Below, piece by piece: positions 1-12,500 of a stretch of DNA of 64,000 bases (position 1 is the stretch's first letter; every line of letters starts with the position of its first letter). The notes beneath the pieces were generated by a model. That model had not been told where the DNA came from. It was given only the letters and a program-made list of their open reading frames with translations, and did not search any database. A program made the translations under genes and the position numbers. The stretch covers positions 3,102,001-3,166,000 of the forward strand of contig CM119372.1 of assembly GCA_051294905.1 (NCBI GenBank), in the 5' to 3' direction. This DNA comes from Botryllus schlosseri (Eukaryota).

Positions 1-832
1 CTGTGGTTACGCAGGAAGAAAGTCGAAGCGTTTGCAGGAACTAATGAAGCAGCATGTTCCTAGATTTATCCGGAACACGTGAATCACGCTCGGTGAAAAG
101 CTCACGCTTGACTCATCCACTCAAGCTAGAGGCTGAGAGATCAAAGGCCATAAATTCTACCATTGGCAAACATCTGTTGGATGACCCCGATTTTGCAGAA
201 AATTATCGAGTCATCGGGACAGGCTCTCACAATTTCATTTGTGTACCTTGGAGTCGACCTTTATCAAAATACATCACCCCAAGCTTTGTCCACAGAAGGA
301 GTTATTATTATTATTATAGATGGTAAAAAATGAAGTGGTGCATATCACCGATAAAGGTCTGGTGCACCACGTGCAAAGTTAATCGTAAAGAATAGTCAAT
401 TCAGGACAAATACATATGGAAAGGTTGAAAAAATCATAGCAATACGATACAAGAATCCACGAATTCGATGGCAGCCGTAAAAAGTAGCGGGTTATCTCAA
501 GGTTATAAGTACTGAACGCAAGATGTAGTGCTTCACAATACTGTTTTACCGTACGTCTATGGTGAGCGTATTTACAACATGATAAAATAAAATGTTCGAC
601 AGTGTCTGCTACGAAAGCAGGAGCTCGTGAACCATCTTCAAATAGTACATTGAACGCCCTCTTCTTTGAGATTTCATTTCATGCTGGGGACGTCATATTT
701 TGTGATAACTGATAAGATTGTTGATATACAATGTCCTTTCCAATTCTCTACTAGTTGCTGACGATTACCCCTGATGACTGTCAGCCGAAAATATCCGGGT
801 TCATTTCAATGTGAATATACTATTCAATTGTA
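1..832 (+). mobile_element. Upstream partial copies of a Penelope-like element: decayed GIY-YIG region (1-~305) and pseudo-LTR (~605-832)
   Basis: 1-305 is a frameshifted copy of ~1985-2295 (e.g. atcaaaggccataaattct). ~605-832 matches ~2270-2487 (aatagtacattgaacgc...ctagttgctgacgattacccctga...tatactattcaattgta). Partial-tandem layout is typical of Penelope-like elements. Confidence 0.85.
757..800 (+). ncRNA. Minimal type I hammerhead ribozyme motif, mutated copy (upstream pseudo-LTR)
   Basis: ACCC-CTGATGA-ctgtcagcc-GAAA-atatcc-GGGT. Compared with the 2412-2455 copy, the stem II G-C pair and U16.1 are mutated, so probably inactive. Confidence 0.6.
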
Positions 833-2320
833 CCAAAAACTCACAAAGAAAACGTTCCCATGAGACCGATACTCTCCATGATCGGGTCTGCTCAACATCA
901 ACTGGCAAAATGGCTTATTGGCATCTTGGAACCTGTTCGAGAACTGTACGGCACCGAATGTGTTCGTGATTCGTTCACTTTCGCCAGTGAGATGCGAAAC
1001 CTGAACCTGCCGGATTCAGAAGTGTTCTTGAGCTCATTTGATATCTCTAGTCTCTTTACAAACGTTCCGCTACAAGAGACTATCGATATTTGTGCGAACG
1101 CGCTTTACGGCGGTAAGCTAGCACCACCATCAATGCCGCGTAAAGTTTTTGTCGAACTTTTACAGGCAGCTACATGTTCTGTTGAATTTAGCTTTAACGA
1201 TGTTATCTATATACAAATAGACGGCATATCGATGGGATCTCCCTTGGGACCTATTTTGGCTAACATTTTCGTAGGATTTTATGAGGTCGAGCTTCTCTCC
1301 CAGCGTGTGTCCGTCAAACCGTTGTTGTACCGACGTTATGTAGACGATACTTTTGTCATATTCAGAAATGAGATAGACTGTGATCAATTTCTCATTCACT
1401 TAAACTCGCTTCACCCGGCTCTGCTATTCACAATTGAAAAAGAACGAAATAACTCATTGTCATTTTTGGACGTTTTAGTCGAAAAACATGATACCAATAA
1501 ATTTGAAACATCAATCTTCCGGAAACCGACATTCACTGGCCAATACCTTCGTTGGAATTCATTTAGTCCTAGACGCAGAAAAATCAACCTCATAGGTACC
1601 CTCGTGCATAGAGCGTTGATGATTTGTTCGGGTAATAAACTGAACTCAGAACTTGACAATATCCGGAAAATCTTACTTGATAACGGTTACCCTGAACATG
1701 TCATCAACCGTGGCATAGAGAGGAAGGTAACGCATTTCAATGCAGAAAAGTCAACAGAGCCTACCGAACGAACAACCAAAGATGTTTACATCCATTTACC
1801 TTGGATAGGGCCTATTTCCACCCGCTTTGAAAAGCAATTGATTTCAGCGGTCAATAAGTGTTACGACACAGTGAAGACCAACGTGATTTTCACGACAACG
1901 CAACTGCTCCCTGCAACACGTAAAGACGTGCTACCCGCACTTCAGCAAAGCAATGTAGTTTACGAATTTAAGTGTCACTGTGATTGTGGCTACGTGGGAA
2001 GAACGTCAAAGCGCTTGCAGGAACGCATAAATCAGCATGTCCCTAGATTCATTAGAACACGCTCGGTGAAAAGCTCACCCTTAACTCACCCGCTCAAGAT
2101 TGATGCGGAACAATCAAAGGCCATAAATTCTGCAATTGGCAAACACTTGTTGGATAATCCCGCCTGTGCGAAAAATTATCGAGACGACAGATTTCGCATA
2201 CTGGGAAAGGGTCGCTCACACTTTCATTTGTGTGCCTTGGAGTCGACTTTTATCAAAATACACCAGCCAAGGCTGTGTCAACAAAAAGAGTTCGTGTATC
2301 ATCTAAAAATAGTACATTGA
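833..2320 (+). mobile_element. Penelope-like retroelement ORF: reverse transcriptase + C-terminal GIY-YIG endonuclease, N-terminally truncated
   Basis: RT motifs PKTHKENVPMRPILS (in frame from 833, before the ATG at 860), FDISSLFTNVP, GISMGSPLGPILANIF, RYVDD, LSFLDV. GIY-YIG motif VVYEFKCHCDCGYVGRTSKRLQERINQH...SAIGKHL...LESTFI. No internal stops. Confidence 0.95.
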
Positions 2321-2528
2321 ACGCTCTCGTATTCGACATTTCGTGCTGGTGACGTCATATTTTGTGTTACGATTGTTGATATACGCTGTTCTTTCGAATT
2401 CTCTACTAGTTGCTGACGATTACCCCTGACGAGTGTCAGCCGAAAATATTCGGGTTCATTTCAATATGAATATACTATTCAATTGTATATTGAAGTTCTG
2501 TACCTCAAAGAAGCTGTTCAATTGTATA
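2290..2528 (+). repeat. Downstream pseudo-LTR of the Penelope-like element
   Basis: Direct repeat of ~625-832; homologous antisense remnant at ~37645-37795. Confidence 0.85.
2412..2455 (+). ncRNA. Minimal type I hammerhead ribozyme with intact core
   Basis: Stem I ACCC(2422-2425)/GGGT(2452-2455); CTGACGA 2426-2432; 1-bp stem II G-C closing loop TGTCAGC; GAAA 2442-2445; palindromic stem III AATATT; predicted cleavage after C2451. Loop II is complementary to upstream GCTGACG (2412-2418). Confidence 0.85.
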
Positions 2529-2851
2529 ATATGAATGAAAAAATGGTCGTGACTTCACTTCCGCCCTGGTCCGGTGAATATTGAAAATACTGTGTTTTGA
2601 GTTATATGTATTGTGTTTGGTGATCATTATATATATCATATAATATTAGAATATGAATGAAAAAATGGACGTTACTTCACTTCCGCCCTGGTCCAGTAAA
2701 TATTGACAATAAAGAGTTGTGATCTGTGTGTATTGTGTGTTTCGTGGTCTTTATACGTCATATAATGTTATAATATAAATGGGAAAATGGCCGTGATTTC
2801 ACTTCCGCACTGGTCCGGTAAATATTGAGAATAAAGTGTTGTGAGTTATGA
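2528..2851. repeat. Tandem repeat, ~122-nt unit, ~2.7 copies
   Basis: Three diverged copies of aaaatggncgt(g/t)a(c/t)ttcacttccgc(c/a)ctggtcc(g/a)gt(g/a)aatattga. Confidence 0.85.
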
Positions 2852-2894
2852 GTTCTAGATTTATTAGATTTATGAGAACACATGCATCACGACA

Positions 2895-3016
2895 GGTGAA
2901 AAGCTCACCCTTGACTCATTCTCTCAATCTCGAGGCTGAGCGATCAAAGGCCATAAATTCTGCCATTGGCAAACATATGTTGGATAATCCCGCTTGTGCG
3001 AAAAATTATTGAGACA
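2895..3016 (+). mobile_element. Third short fragment of the Penelope-like GIY-YIG region
   Basis: ggtgaaaagctcacccttgactc...ggataatcccgcttgtgcgaaaaattattgagac matches ~2065-2185. Confidence 0.8.
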
Positions 3017-3319
3017 ACATATCTGGAAATTTCAATAAATTGCAGCTCCATTACGGTGGCGTTCTGAAGAAATTGGCTGCGGCCAATTTTTCTTTCGTTT
3101 TACCCTTCAATTTGAGACCACATCATATTTAGAGTGCAGTGCCCCTTTAACTCGATACTCACACGACTCGTGACGCGTTGAATTACGGTCTCATGCGTTT
3201 GGCCATATCTTATGAATGAAAAGTTGGTCGTGAACTGGAAACGGTTGGGAACCACTGGACAGAGGATGCATTTATTGTAATCCATATTGCTGATTGGTTT
3301 TGACAGTTAGTTTGCGACT

Positions 3320-3512
3320 ATGGCGCTACCAGTGCTCGCCAGTATTGGGATCTTTCTACAAGTATTCATGTCTTCATCCTACGCTTTGAAATGCCACGAA
3401 GGATTCAATATGTCTTTTAACGGAATCCCACTGTATTATTGGACGCAGCGTGAATGCACCGGCAACAGCAAATGCATCGGTCAAGAATTCGCAGTCGACG
3501 TTACGTTAGCGG
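3320..3512 (+). CDS. Gene A exon 1: signal peptide + LKC...C...C start of three-finger domain
   Basis: MALPVLASIGIFLQVFMSSSYA|LKCHEGFNMSFNGIPLYYWTQRECTGNSKC; donor G|gtaagc, phase 1. Confidence 0.9.
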
Positions 3513-6500
3513 GTAAGCTGGTTTCGCTATGTCACCGTGTATTCGGTGAATTTGTTTTTCCTATATGTATTGACGGGGGAGATAGGGCAGTGGTGCGTGT
3601 CGGCATCCAAGTAGGGGGCCCATCTCGATTCCCGACGCTGTAAATTATTCTGGACTTCTCGTCCCCCGGCGACGACAAATAAGTCCAGATAAATGACCCG
3701 ATAAAAGCAAGAATCGTTAGCTAGGTCGAGGTGTATGCCAGTTAGAGAGACCCCAACTGGTTGGTCGTTCGGCATCCCCGTATCTGTTCATTATATCGCA
3801 TTGTGTGTCTTGTATATCGCATTGTACATTGTGTGTCTTGTATACCGCATTGTATACATTGTGTGTGTGTGTGTGTGTGTGTTGGGCAGATGAAAATATA
3901 ATCCGTCGACTGATTGATGGATTGTATCATCATCGTTCAGCACAGCGGTGTCAAACTCAACTGACGTCGCGAGCCGGATTCAACACTTTAGATTGCTCGC
4001 GGTCCGCACCAAAGTTCCTCAATTCCAAAATTCCTCAAACTCCATGCTATTGCTCATCATTTTAATACTTCATTAACCAGCCTATATACGCAATAGTATA
4101 TAGCATTATATTACGAATCATAAGGGTTCTATCCAAGCTGCACCTTTACTCGCAAATAGTGAGGTTGGCAATAATATACGATGATTAGACGGCTGAATAC
4201 AGTTATAAACCTATGAAACAGCGACCGATGATATAAGGCTGATGTATAGCTGATGATATAAGTCGAGGGATATTTCTATGCTCCCTTCGTCTTAGTGATA
4301 TGTTGGCATCAACTGTGCGTATGCGTTGTGAGGAACGCAAAAGATTTAACTGTAAACGCGGACGTTCGAATTTGCTTCATAGTATTACATCGGGATTCGG
4401 GTTTCTCTCGAGGTTGGAGACCTCTAATATATTTTCCATATATAGCCAGAATATAAGGGTTTCGCATAGGCGTTTTCATTTCAGTGAATAACTAGTTTTT
4501 GGTCAGTAAAGTTCATCCGGACTTTCTTGCTTTCTCGGAATTGGTTGTCAATGTCAATGGTGACTAAAAACCACAACACCGCAGTTGGGTGGCAATAATG
4601 TGGCCTATAAATAAAAACATACCTAGCATGTGCTGTCTTGAAGCACTATTTAATAGCAAAGTATTTCAGATCAGTATCAGATTACATAATAAAATCGCCG
4701 GCATTTCCCTCTATGTCTAGTCTAATTAGACAGCCTGAATTATGTAGCTGTCTAAGTCTGCATACATTAACGATCATGGTTCTCTCCGTTTATGAATCCA
4801 ATTTCACAACTCTAATTCCCGTGAATCAAGGAGTACACTCACACTTAGCAGTAGACAAAAACAGAACCTAGCTCATAATTATCTAGCTGTTATAAATCCT
4901 ACGTGCCAATGTGCGTGCAGCCGTGCATGCATACATCACTACGTCCCTACCTGCAACAATTATTTGGAATAAAATGCATTTGATTTATACCGTGGTCGGC
5001 TTGTGTAAGTCTGAGCAATAGCTTCTAGTTACTTGTACGACGGGTGTATATTCACACGCTTGTGTGAGAGGTGTTACACGGGTGTGAATACACACTTTTG
5101 TCGCTAACACGCGCCCCCCTCAGTTTGAAAACCACTCCGTATAGAGAGATATTGGCACTTGAATCTCTCATGTCATGAAATATGGCCGTATTCTGGATGG
5201 GTTGATTGATTATATTTTCGGCTGACATTCGTCAGGAGTGACCGACAGCGACCAGAAGAGAATAGAAAAAATTTCCGCTAAGAGTCGAGAATTATATAGG
5301 CTTGATCGCAGTTTAATCTGTGGAAGGACTTCGTAGTTCGCATCGCACCACACGAAACATTAGTACAAAACTACACCCGCCAGTACAAATGGCATATGTG
5401 GAAAGTCTTGATAAGCCCACACTATTGTCACAAAGTGCAATGAAATAGGCATGGATAGAAAAAATGCCAAACAATTAAAATTAAACGGGTTAACGTGCTG
5501 TAGTCTGATAACAGGCACGTATTTGAAATTTCGTCATCATTCAAACTGTCGTCCCGTCATTTATAATACTCGAATACTCGTTTCAGAATAGAATCTCTCA
5601 GGTATCCTCGATGTTTGACCAGCAGCCCTATAAATAATGACGGTGGCGTTTTATAGTTGCAGTTTGAGCATTGGCTTTTCATGGAGTGCGTGGACCGCAG
5701 GTTAAGAACACCTATTTTTAGATAAATCCGTGCGGACTGCGATGCGATACGGCGCGTGCGTAAGCAACGCCTACGCGAACTACCTCGACTGTCAAAATCT
5801 CTTCGGCAGCGGAAGCACGTTCGACCCCGCCAACCTTCTCCGCATGATACCTGGCATCGCAGACGCCGTCAACCTCACAGTGATGGAATTCAGCAAAGAC
5901 GTTTCCACGTCGCTCAAGAAACTCCTTTCCGACGGCACCGGGATTACAGCGTTTGTGGACGGCGTGTTCGCGTTCTATAAAAATGTAGGGTTCAACTTGG
6001 AGAAAGCTGTGCCTCTGAAACCAAATTTAGTGCATTTTCTTACGGAGATAATCGAGTTAATCGATGGAAAGCGGCCCAATGCTTCCTTTACTAACCTCAT
6101 CAATACAATCGCTCAGCTGGACACCAAGAATGAGGAATTTTCAGGGAATATTCGCTCCTTACTTACAAACCTAAACATCCCAGCTGCATGGCTTGCGGAC
6201 CCAGCAACAACTGCGATGATCGACCGACTGCCTGGCCTTGGACGGTCTATTTTTCCTTCGAGTTGGCACGTCGAGTTGTGGTACGACGTGGCGTTCAAAC
6301 TAACCGGGAACATAAACCCAGCGGACTGGACGAAAACCGCGGCAGACATGGTGTCGACCATCAAGGCATCGTATCAGATACCCGACGAAGTGGGTCGATA
6401 CGTAAATCCCGTGCTCGACGCAATGCCCGCACTCGCCAGAGGGCTGCAGGTATGGATTTTATAGCGTGATGACATGCTACGATATTTTTTGGAGAACGAT

Positions 6501-9500
6501 GGTATAGGTTTTACCAGTATACTTGCACCATTTATGCAAACGGTTATGTTATTAGACTATACCAATTATACTTAGGCCCACAACATACTTTTTACGATTT
6601 GTATTTTAAAAAGTACAAATCAGGTTTAGCATCACTTTCATGGGTTAAGATGTCACCGTCCCTGCATCACGGTATCTAAATATAGATTTAAAAAAATTCT
6701 CATATTCGTCATTTTGCGTAACTACGGTTACTGGAAAACGAATGGAACAAATACTACTTGAGGTGGTTACTAGTCAGACCTGTCATCATGGTGGTGCTTC
6801 TTCGTCGTCAATGACGTCAATGACAAGCTAGTGTTCCCCATGACACCAATAAATGGTCCCCATGAACACGTCAACACTAATAAACGTCTGCCTTGGCAGG
6901 GACATGCCATCGAAATCGCTACTTTTACTTGTACTCTGGTACAGTGGTTCTCAACTTCCGATCCGTGGACCGATGCCGGTCCGCCAAATATGATAGTCAA
7001 AGAGACGCCTTGGAGTACAGAACTTCATGGCACATTTGAATAATATAATCATATTTATTCCAGAAGCTTTTTGGCTGACATACACGAGGGGATACCGTCA
7101 GCAATAATGCGAGCATTCAAATAACTGTTTACCATCAGTATCACTAATTATGACGTCACATAAAGTAAATACAAATTTCGAAAAACGAGAGAACTGTATC
7201 ACAGGGACGGAGATAGCGAAACAAAACAATCTAATAATGTAATAAGTATATTACATCTCAAGTAAAATGCAAGTTGGACGCTTGACCATTCGTTAGAGAT
7301 ATAAAACAACGAATTTTGAATTGATTTAGAAGTTTGAAGCCTATTTTCCTGTACCGGGCCATCATGGAGAGTTCACGCATGATAAAGAGGGTGGAAAATA
7401 TATATTCCATAGACTTGTTGGATTTGGAATCTTGGTCGGACTAGTGATGTCGTTTCAACCTCATTTTCATTGAATACTCGAGCAATTTCAATGTGGAATC
7501 TACCTTCCGCTACTTCTGCATCTGCAGTATACGTTAGTTTAAGTTTAAAATGGATAGTTGGCTACTATTAGTCTATTTTGGGCGCACGTCACAGTGGTGC
7601 AAGTGTTGTACGAGACTATTTCACCGGTCCGTGAGGTTGAAAAAATTGATAACCACCGCTCTGGTACGAATTTACGCTGTTGCTTCCGCTTCGATTGAGC
7701 AGCAAGTAGCAACGGTGAATGCTTTTACCATACCTCTGGATATTTGCGATTGATTATTACCGCTCACGATGTCTGTCGTTCAGACGGATCCTACCTACGT
7801 TGGATTTTGGTCGGTGGAATTGCTCAAGACTTTTAGCGAAGAGGACGCTTCTACGAGAGCCTTCAAAACGGCTCTCGAAGGCTTTGTGGGCAAATTGACG
7901 GCTTCGTCTCTGCAGTACGAATACATCGCCACGATTCAGTGGATCCCTGGTAATTCTGTGTTCATGTTCATCCACGCTATCTGATTTGAACGACTGGATA
8001 ATGTCTGAATAGCCTGATTTTAGAGCAGGGATGGCCAACTTTTTCAGTACTTGCATATATAGCGGGTCATATTGGTACTGCGTGTCTCAGATTGCAATGA
8101 CAGGCGTAGTTGGCTGCAGGCTGCACACCGATAAACTGAACTATTCTAACGACCTAAAGTGATACTGGAGATATTCCGTTCTCGAATAATTGCAAATACA
8201 GTTATACTCAATTATGTATGTATCTTCTAATTATGCGGGAGGGTTGCTAAAACAAGAAATTGAGAGGAGTATAATCGCGCGAAGCGCGAAAAAAAATGCA
8301 ACCATTCTGTCACAAAATGTTATTTCATGTTCATTTACAAAAGATTTACGAAAACGAGGGGGCATGGTTCTTTCGATGCCCATGGCTACGCCGGTGTGTC
8401 GGAACTTGCCTTTTTAGTCATCAGCCTCCCAAGTTTTGCGTTCACGCTGATCAATGTTCTGGTCGTCTCTTTATGTTCACAAACAAACAGACGTGGATAA
8501 TTCAATTTTGAAAACATAACCAATTTCGAAAATTACCGCTCGAGCCACGGAAAATTAAAGTGAGATGCTGGTATTCGAATTCCAATCTAATTCGCGAATG
8601 TTTCTATGCTCTAATTTTATTACCAATCTGATTGCTGATCTTCCTGAAAATGCCACAGTAGAGCGAAACGACCCAAGCTCGAAGTTTTTGCGTATTCAGT
8701 AATTCTAGTCTAATTTGGAAAAATGTGTAGCTATAATCCTAATTCTAATATAATTTGGAAGATCTAGCTATCCAACTCTGTCCGCTATGAGGATTAGGCT
8801 ACGTGAGCGTTTTGCGTCAATCGAGAAGTCATCAATGCAATGATTACCATTCCAGGGAGGTAATGATAATTTACGTATTACCTGAATTTTCGTACTTGAA
8901 GTGGAAGTCCTATTTTGTTTTCCCACATGCATTATCGCACGATAGATCGCGCTGCTATCTCGACCATAACTGTCGTTAACTAGCCAGGTAAAATCGTGCA
9001 TGAACGTTATAAAATATGAACTGGTTGGTTTGGAAAACATCCATGTTAAAGTTAGTCGACCAGATGTTATGAGCTCGTACCCGATGGTTGTTATAACAAC
9101 CTTGATTTGATCCCGAATATAGCACAGACAATTATCTTAGCGCTAATTAGTCTAGTGCTGGTCCTCAGGCGCGATTCAAGCTATTTCAAACGGTGCAGTC
9201 CCAACCCGAAAAGACCGACCCGACTTCGAAATCTAGCCCCTTGTTTTTACTACTGTCTTTGAAATATGGGGGGGAAGAGGGGCGCTAGACCCTGGAAATT
9301 TTCGAAAGGGGGCGCTGCAAGAAAAAATGTTAAGAACCACTGATATAGGCTATCACTTCATTGAAATGTAGGGTTGGAAATAGCAATATGACATCGCGTG
9401 ACGTCACGAGGTTCACGTTCGCGAACCTGGAACTTTCAGAGATTCACACTATCACTACTAATTATTATAATCATATCGAATCCTGGAGTCTATATATAGC

Positions 9501-12500
9501 TAGTGAAGATTGTTGATTTACCAATACTTGGTAGCCTATACGCGACAACCCCAAATATCTTGCTGATTTTTGTATCACGACTCGACTAATATTATACTCC
9601 AATATTTGCCTCATCTTAAACCTAAATATAAGCTCTATTCGAGTGATTTGACCCCTCTATTATGTATAAATGACTCGCTCTAAGGCTAAGCAGCATTGAC
9701 GTAAAGAATTTAAAGTCGGTTAATGTGGAGGTATGCTTTTCCACCTATACTATAATATTAAGCCTTTTGTGAACGCATCACGCAACTTCAGCTTCTGTCA
9801 TGTATATAACTTGACAGGGTAATTACGGTCGCCTGTCAGACCGCTTTACACAATCCAACTTGGAATGTGAAAGAAGCGTCTGTAGCGTGTTCTGTTCGGT
9901 TGAGCTGACTGGGACATACATTTGTGTGTTTATTGGCATGTATCAAGTAGAATCATCTATATAAGCCTAGTTCTGCAAGGTTTCGAACGGTGGTTCATTA
10001 ATTGTTTGCTACCATCACTCATCTTAAATGCAAATTTATAATATATATATATTGGTAAAATAGTGATCTAATTTGAAGTCTAATCAGTGTATAGTAAATA
10101 GGTTAATAACTAAAGTTAGGTTGGCTCTCCTTTCGATGTATGCGATAGTCGTGTTGGGTTGAATATAGTTTCATATTATCGACTGACAACACACTAATAC
10201 CAGATGTGGAAAACCATTTTATTGCCAATACCGCGCTTCGTGTATTTCAGGTCTTTTCTATAAATTCTTCCCCGGCGACAAAGCCACGATTCAAGAGGTC
10301 TACCGCAAGATGGCGGACGGCCTGAACTCGTTCGATTTCAACGATCTCGCCTCTACGGCTGACGAGACCGCGTTGAGTGGGATGATCAAAAATATGATCA
10401 CTACTCTCGGAGGCCAACAGAGTTTTGCGTCTAGTCCGTTCTACAACACGCTGGTCGTAAACGTCGCTAAAATGCTCTATGACCTCATGAAAGTCACACC
10501 AACGGACTACACTCCGTATATCGACTCATTCTCCAAGGTAAAAATCATGCTGTATTGCGAGGTAGTCAGAGCAGCGATTTCCAAGAAATGTCGCCCTACA
10601 AATGACAGTAGAGAATGATGGTACCAATTACCAAGTAGGTTTGGCCGAAGGGTCGCATGTTTTTAGCTGTTACTCAGAGGTAGATAACTTCAATGTACAA
10701 TAGACTAATATATTAGGGTTTATCCCAAAATAATATTCAATTTTTGTAGAAATAATTATTCAATTTTAGCAGTTAGTGGGGATTACTAGTTTTTAAATTA
10801 CCAAGTGAATCTTTGCAACTTCCGAAAATATATTTAATTACCATGGTCCAAGAACTTTTGCCGTCGCGCAAAACTACGTAACACTTTCTACAAAATAAGA
10901 CGTATAAAAATGTGTGTGGCTTAAAACACTGTGTAACTTCAAATGGCAAAATTCACCCCAAATTCAACTCCAACTCCATAGCTATCCACGTTCTTGATTG
11001 GTAAGTAGCTCTGTGGTACCGGTGACATAATGTAGGGGTGCAGCGCAACGCTAAGTGTTACTGCCGAATAATTTGATAATCAGAAGTCGATCAGTAATAG
11101 CCTGTTTAGATTTTCGGAATCAGTGCGACAGTTTGATTCGAATATTATCAGTTATTATAAATTCCAAGCGTTATCAATAGTGAGGCTTGGCCTATTTTTG
11201 CCTTACCTCTCGTTTCGGGCTTTATTTTAGAACAATGAATACCAGTTTCCACAGAGAAAATGTGGTGCACACGACGAGTCCAATGTGGTGAGTTCAAATT
11301 AGTGCTACCATAACGTCACGAATTTTAAATTGTGACGCGATTTTTGTTGTTGTCACGTATGACTCTTCGGGAGTTAAAATGAAAAAGGGCCAATATGGCT
11401 CTTCGGACAAAAAAGGTTCCCGACCGCGGATCTCTGATGAAGCGACTATTTCGAGGGTTTTAACCGTCCCACATCGTAGACGTCGGCAATATCGGGTGTT
11501 AATCGTCATCCGTAAGCTGATTCAACATGTTTTCGGAAATTATTTACACAATTATGGCAGAATTATACAAATTAAAAAAAAACAAAGGCATTTGTTTAAA
11601 ACACTGTTGAAAACATGTTTTAAACAAAGTGTTTTAAACAACCATTTGTTTTAAATGCAACCATATACCAGGTGTAGGCAAACTGCGGCTCTTCAATGAT
11701 TGCCACTTTGCTGGAGTTGTTCAACCTGATTATAAATTGAGGTATTCTATGAATCACGTGCTGTTTCTGTACATGTGGTTTTAGTTTGTAAAATTGAGGG
11801 GAGATGGCAACACAGGGCTAGATTGCCGCAGTTGAACTCTCCAATCGAGGTCACACAAACGCACACAAACGTTCCAACCGCAGTAGGTACCTGGTCAATT
11901 GGTCATTAATCAATGATAAACCATTTTCCCAACTTGATCAATTAATCAGGGTAGCGCAGGTCTCGATCATTTTCGGACTAAACTATGGAGTCTTGCTTGA
12001 ACAATAGAAGCCAATTTGTCAAAAGAAACGAATTTTCATCTGATAAATCAATAGTTGAAATGGGTGTACCACAAGGATCCGTTTTAGGTCCCTTCTTGTT
12101 TTTGATCTATATAAATGACTTAAATAATGCCTCTGACTTTACTATCCAATTATTTGCAGATGACACATCTCTGATGCTGTCGTCCAACAATATAACTGAC
12201 TTAGAGTCCTCTTGCAACTCAAACCTGCAAAAAATATTGGATTGGATGAATAATAATAGATTAACCATAAATACCTCAAAAACTCACTGTATGCTCTTTG
12301 GAAGGAATTCGAATAGTAATTTTGATATAAGGCTGAATAGGGAAAGCCTGATTCTACAGAAAAGCATACATTATTTGGGTATAGTTATTGATAACAATCT
12401 GACATGGGGTGAACATATAACCTCTATTTGCAACAAGCTATCTAAAACCATAGGTATCATTCGAAAGTCACGTTTTATTTTACCACAATCCACACGAATA

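Noticed and set aside
2528..2851. CRISPR-like array
   Set aside because: The would-be spacers are homologous to one another, the context is eukaryotic and no cas genes are present; it is an ordinary tandem repeat.
6113..6364. Conserved antisense ORFs over exon 2 (also 35380-35949, 7757-8056, 44836-45159)
   Set aside because: These are shadow frames of coding exons; their similarity follows from the A/B paralogy.
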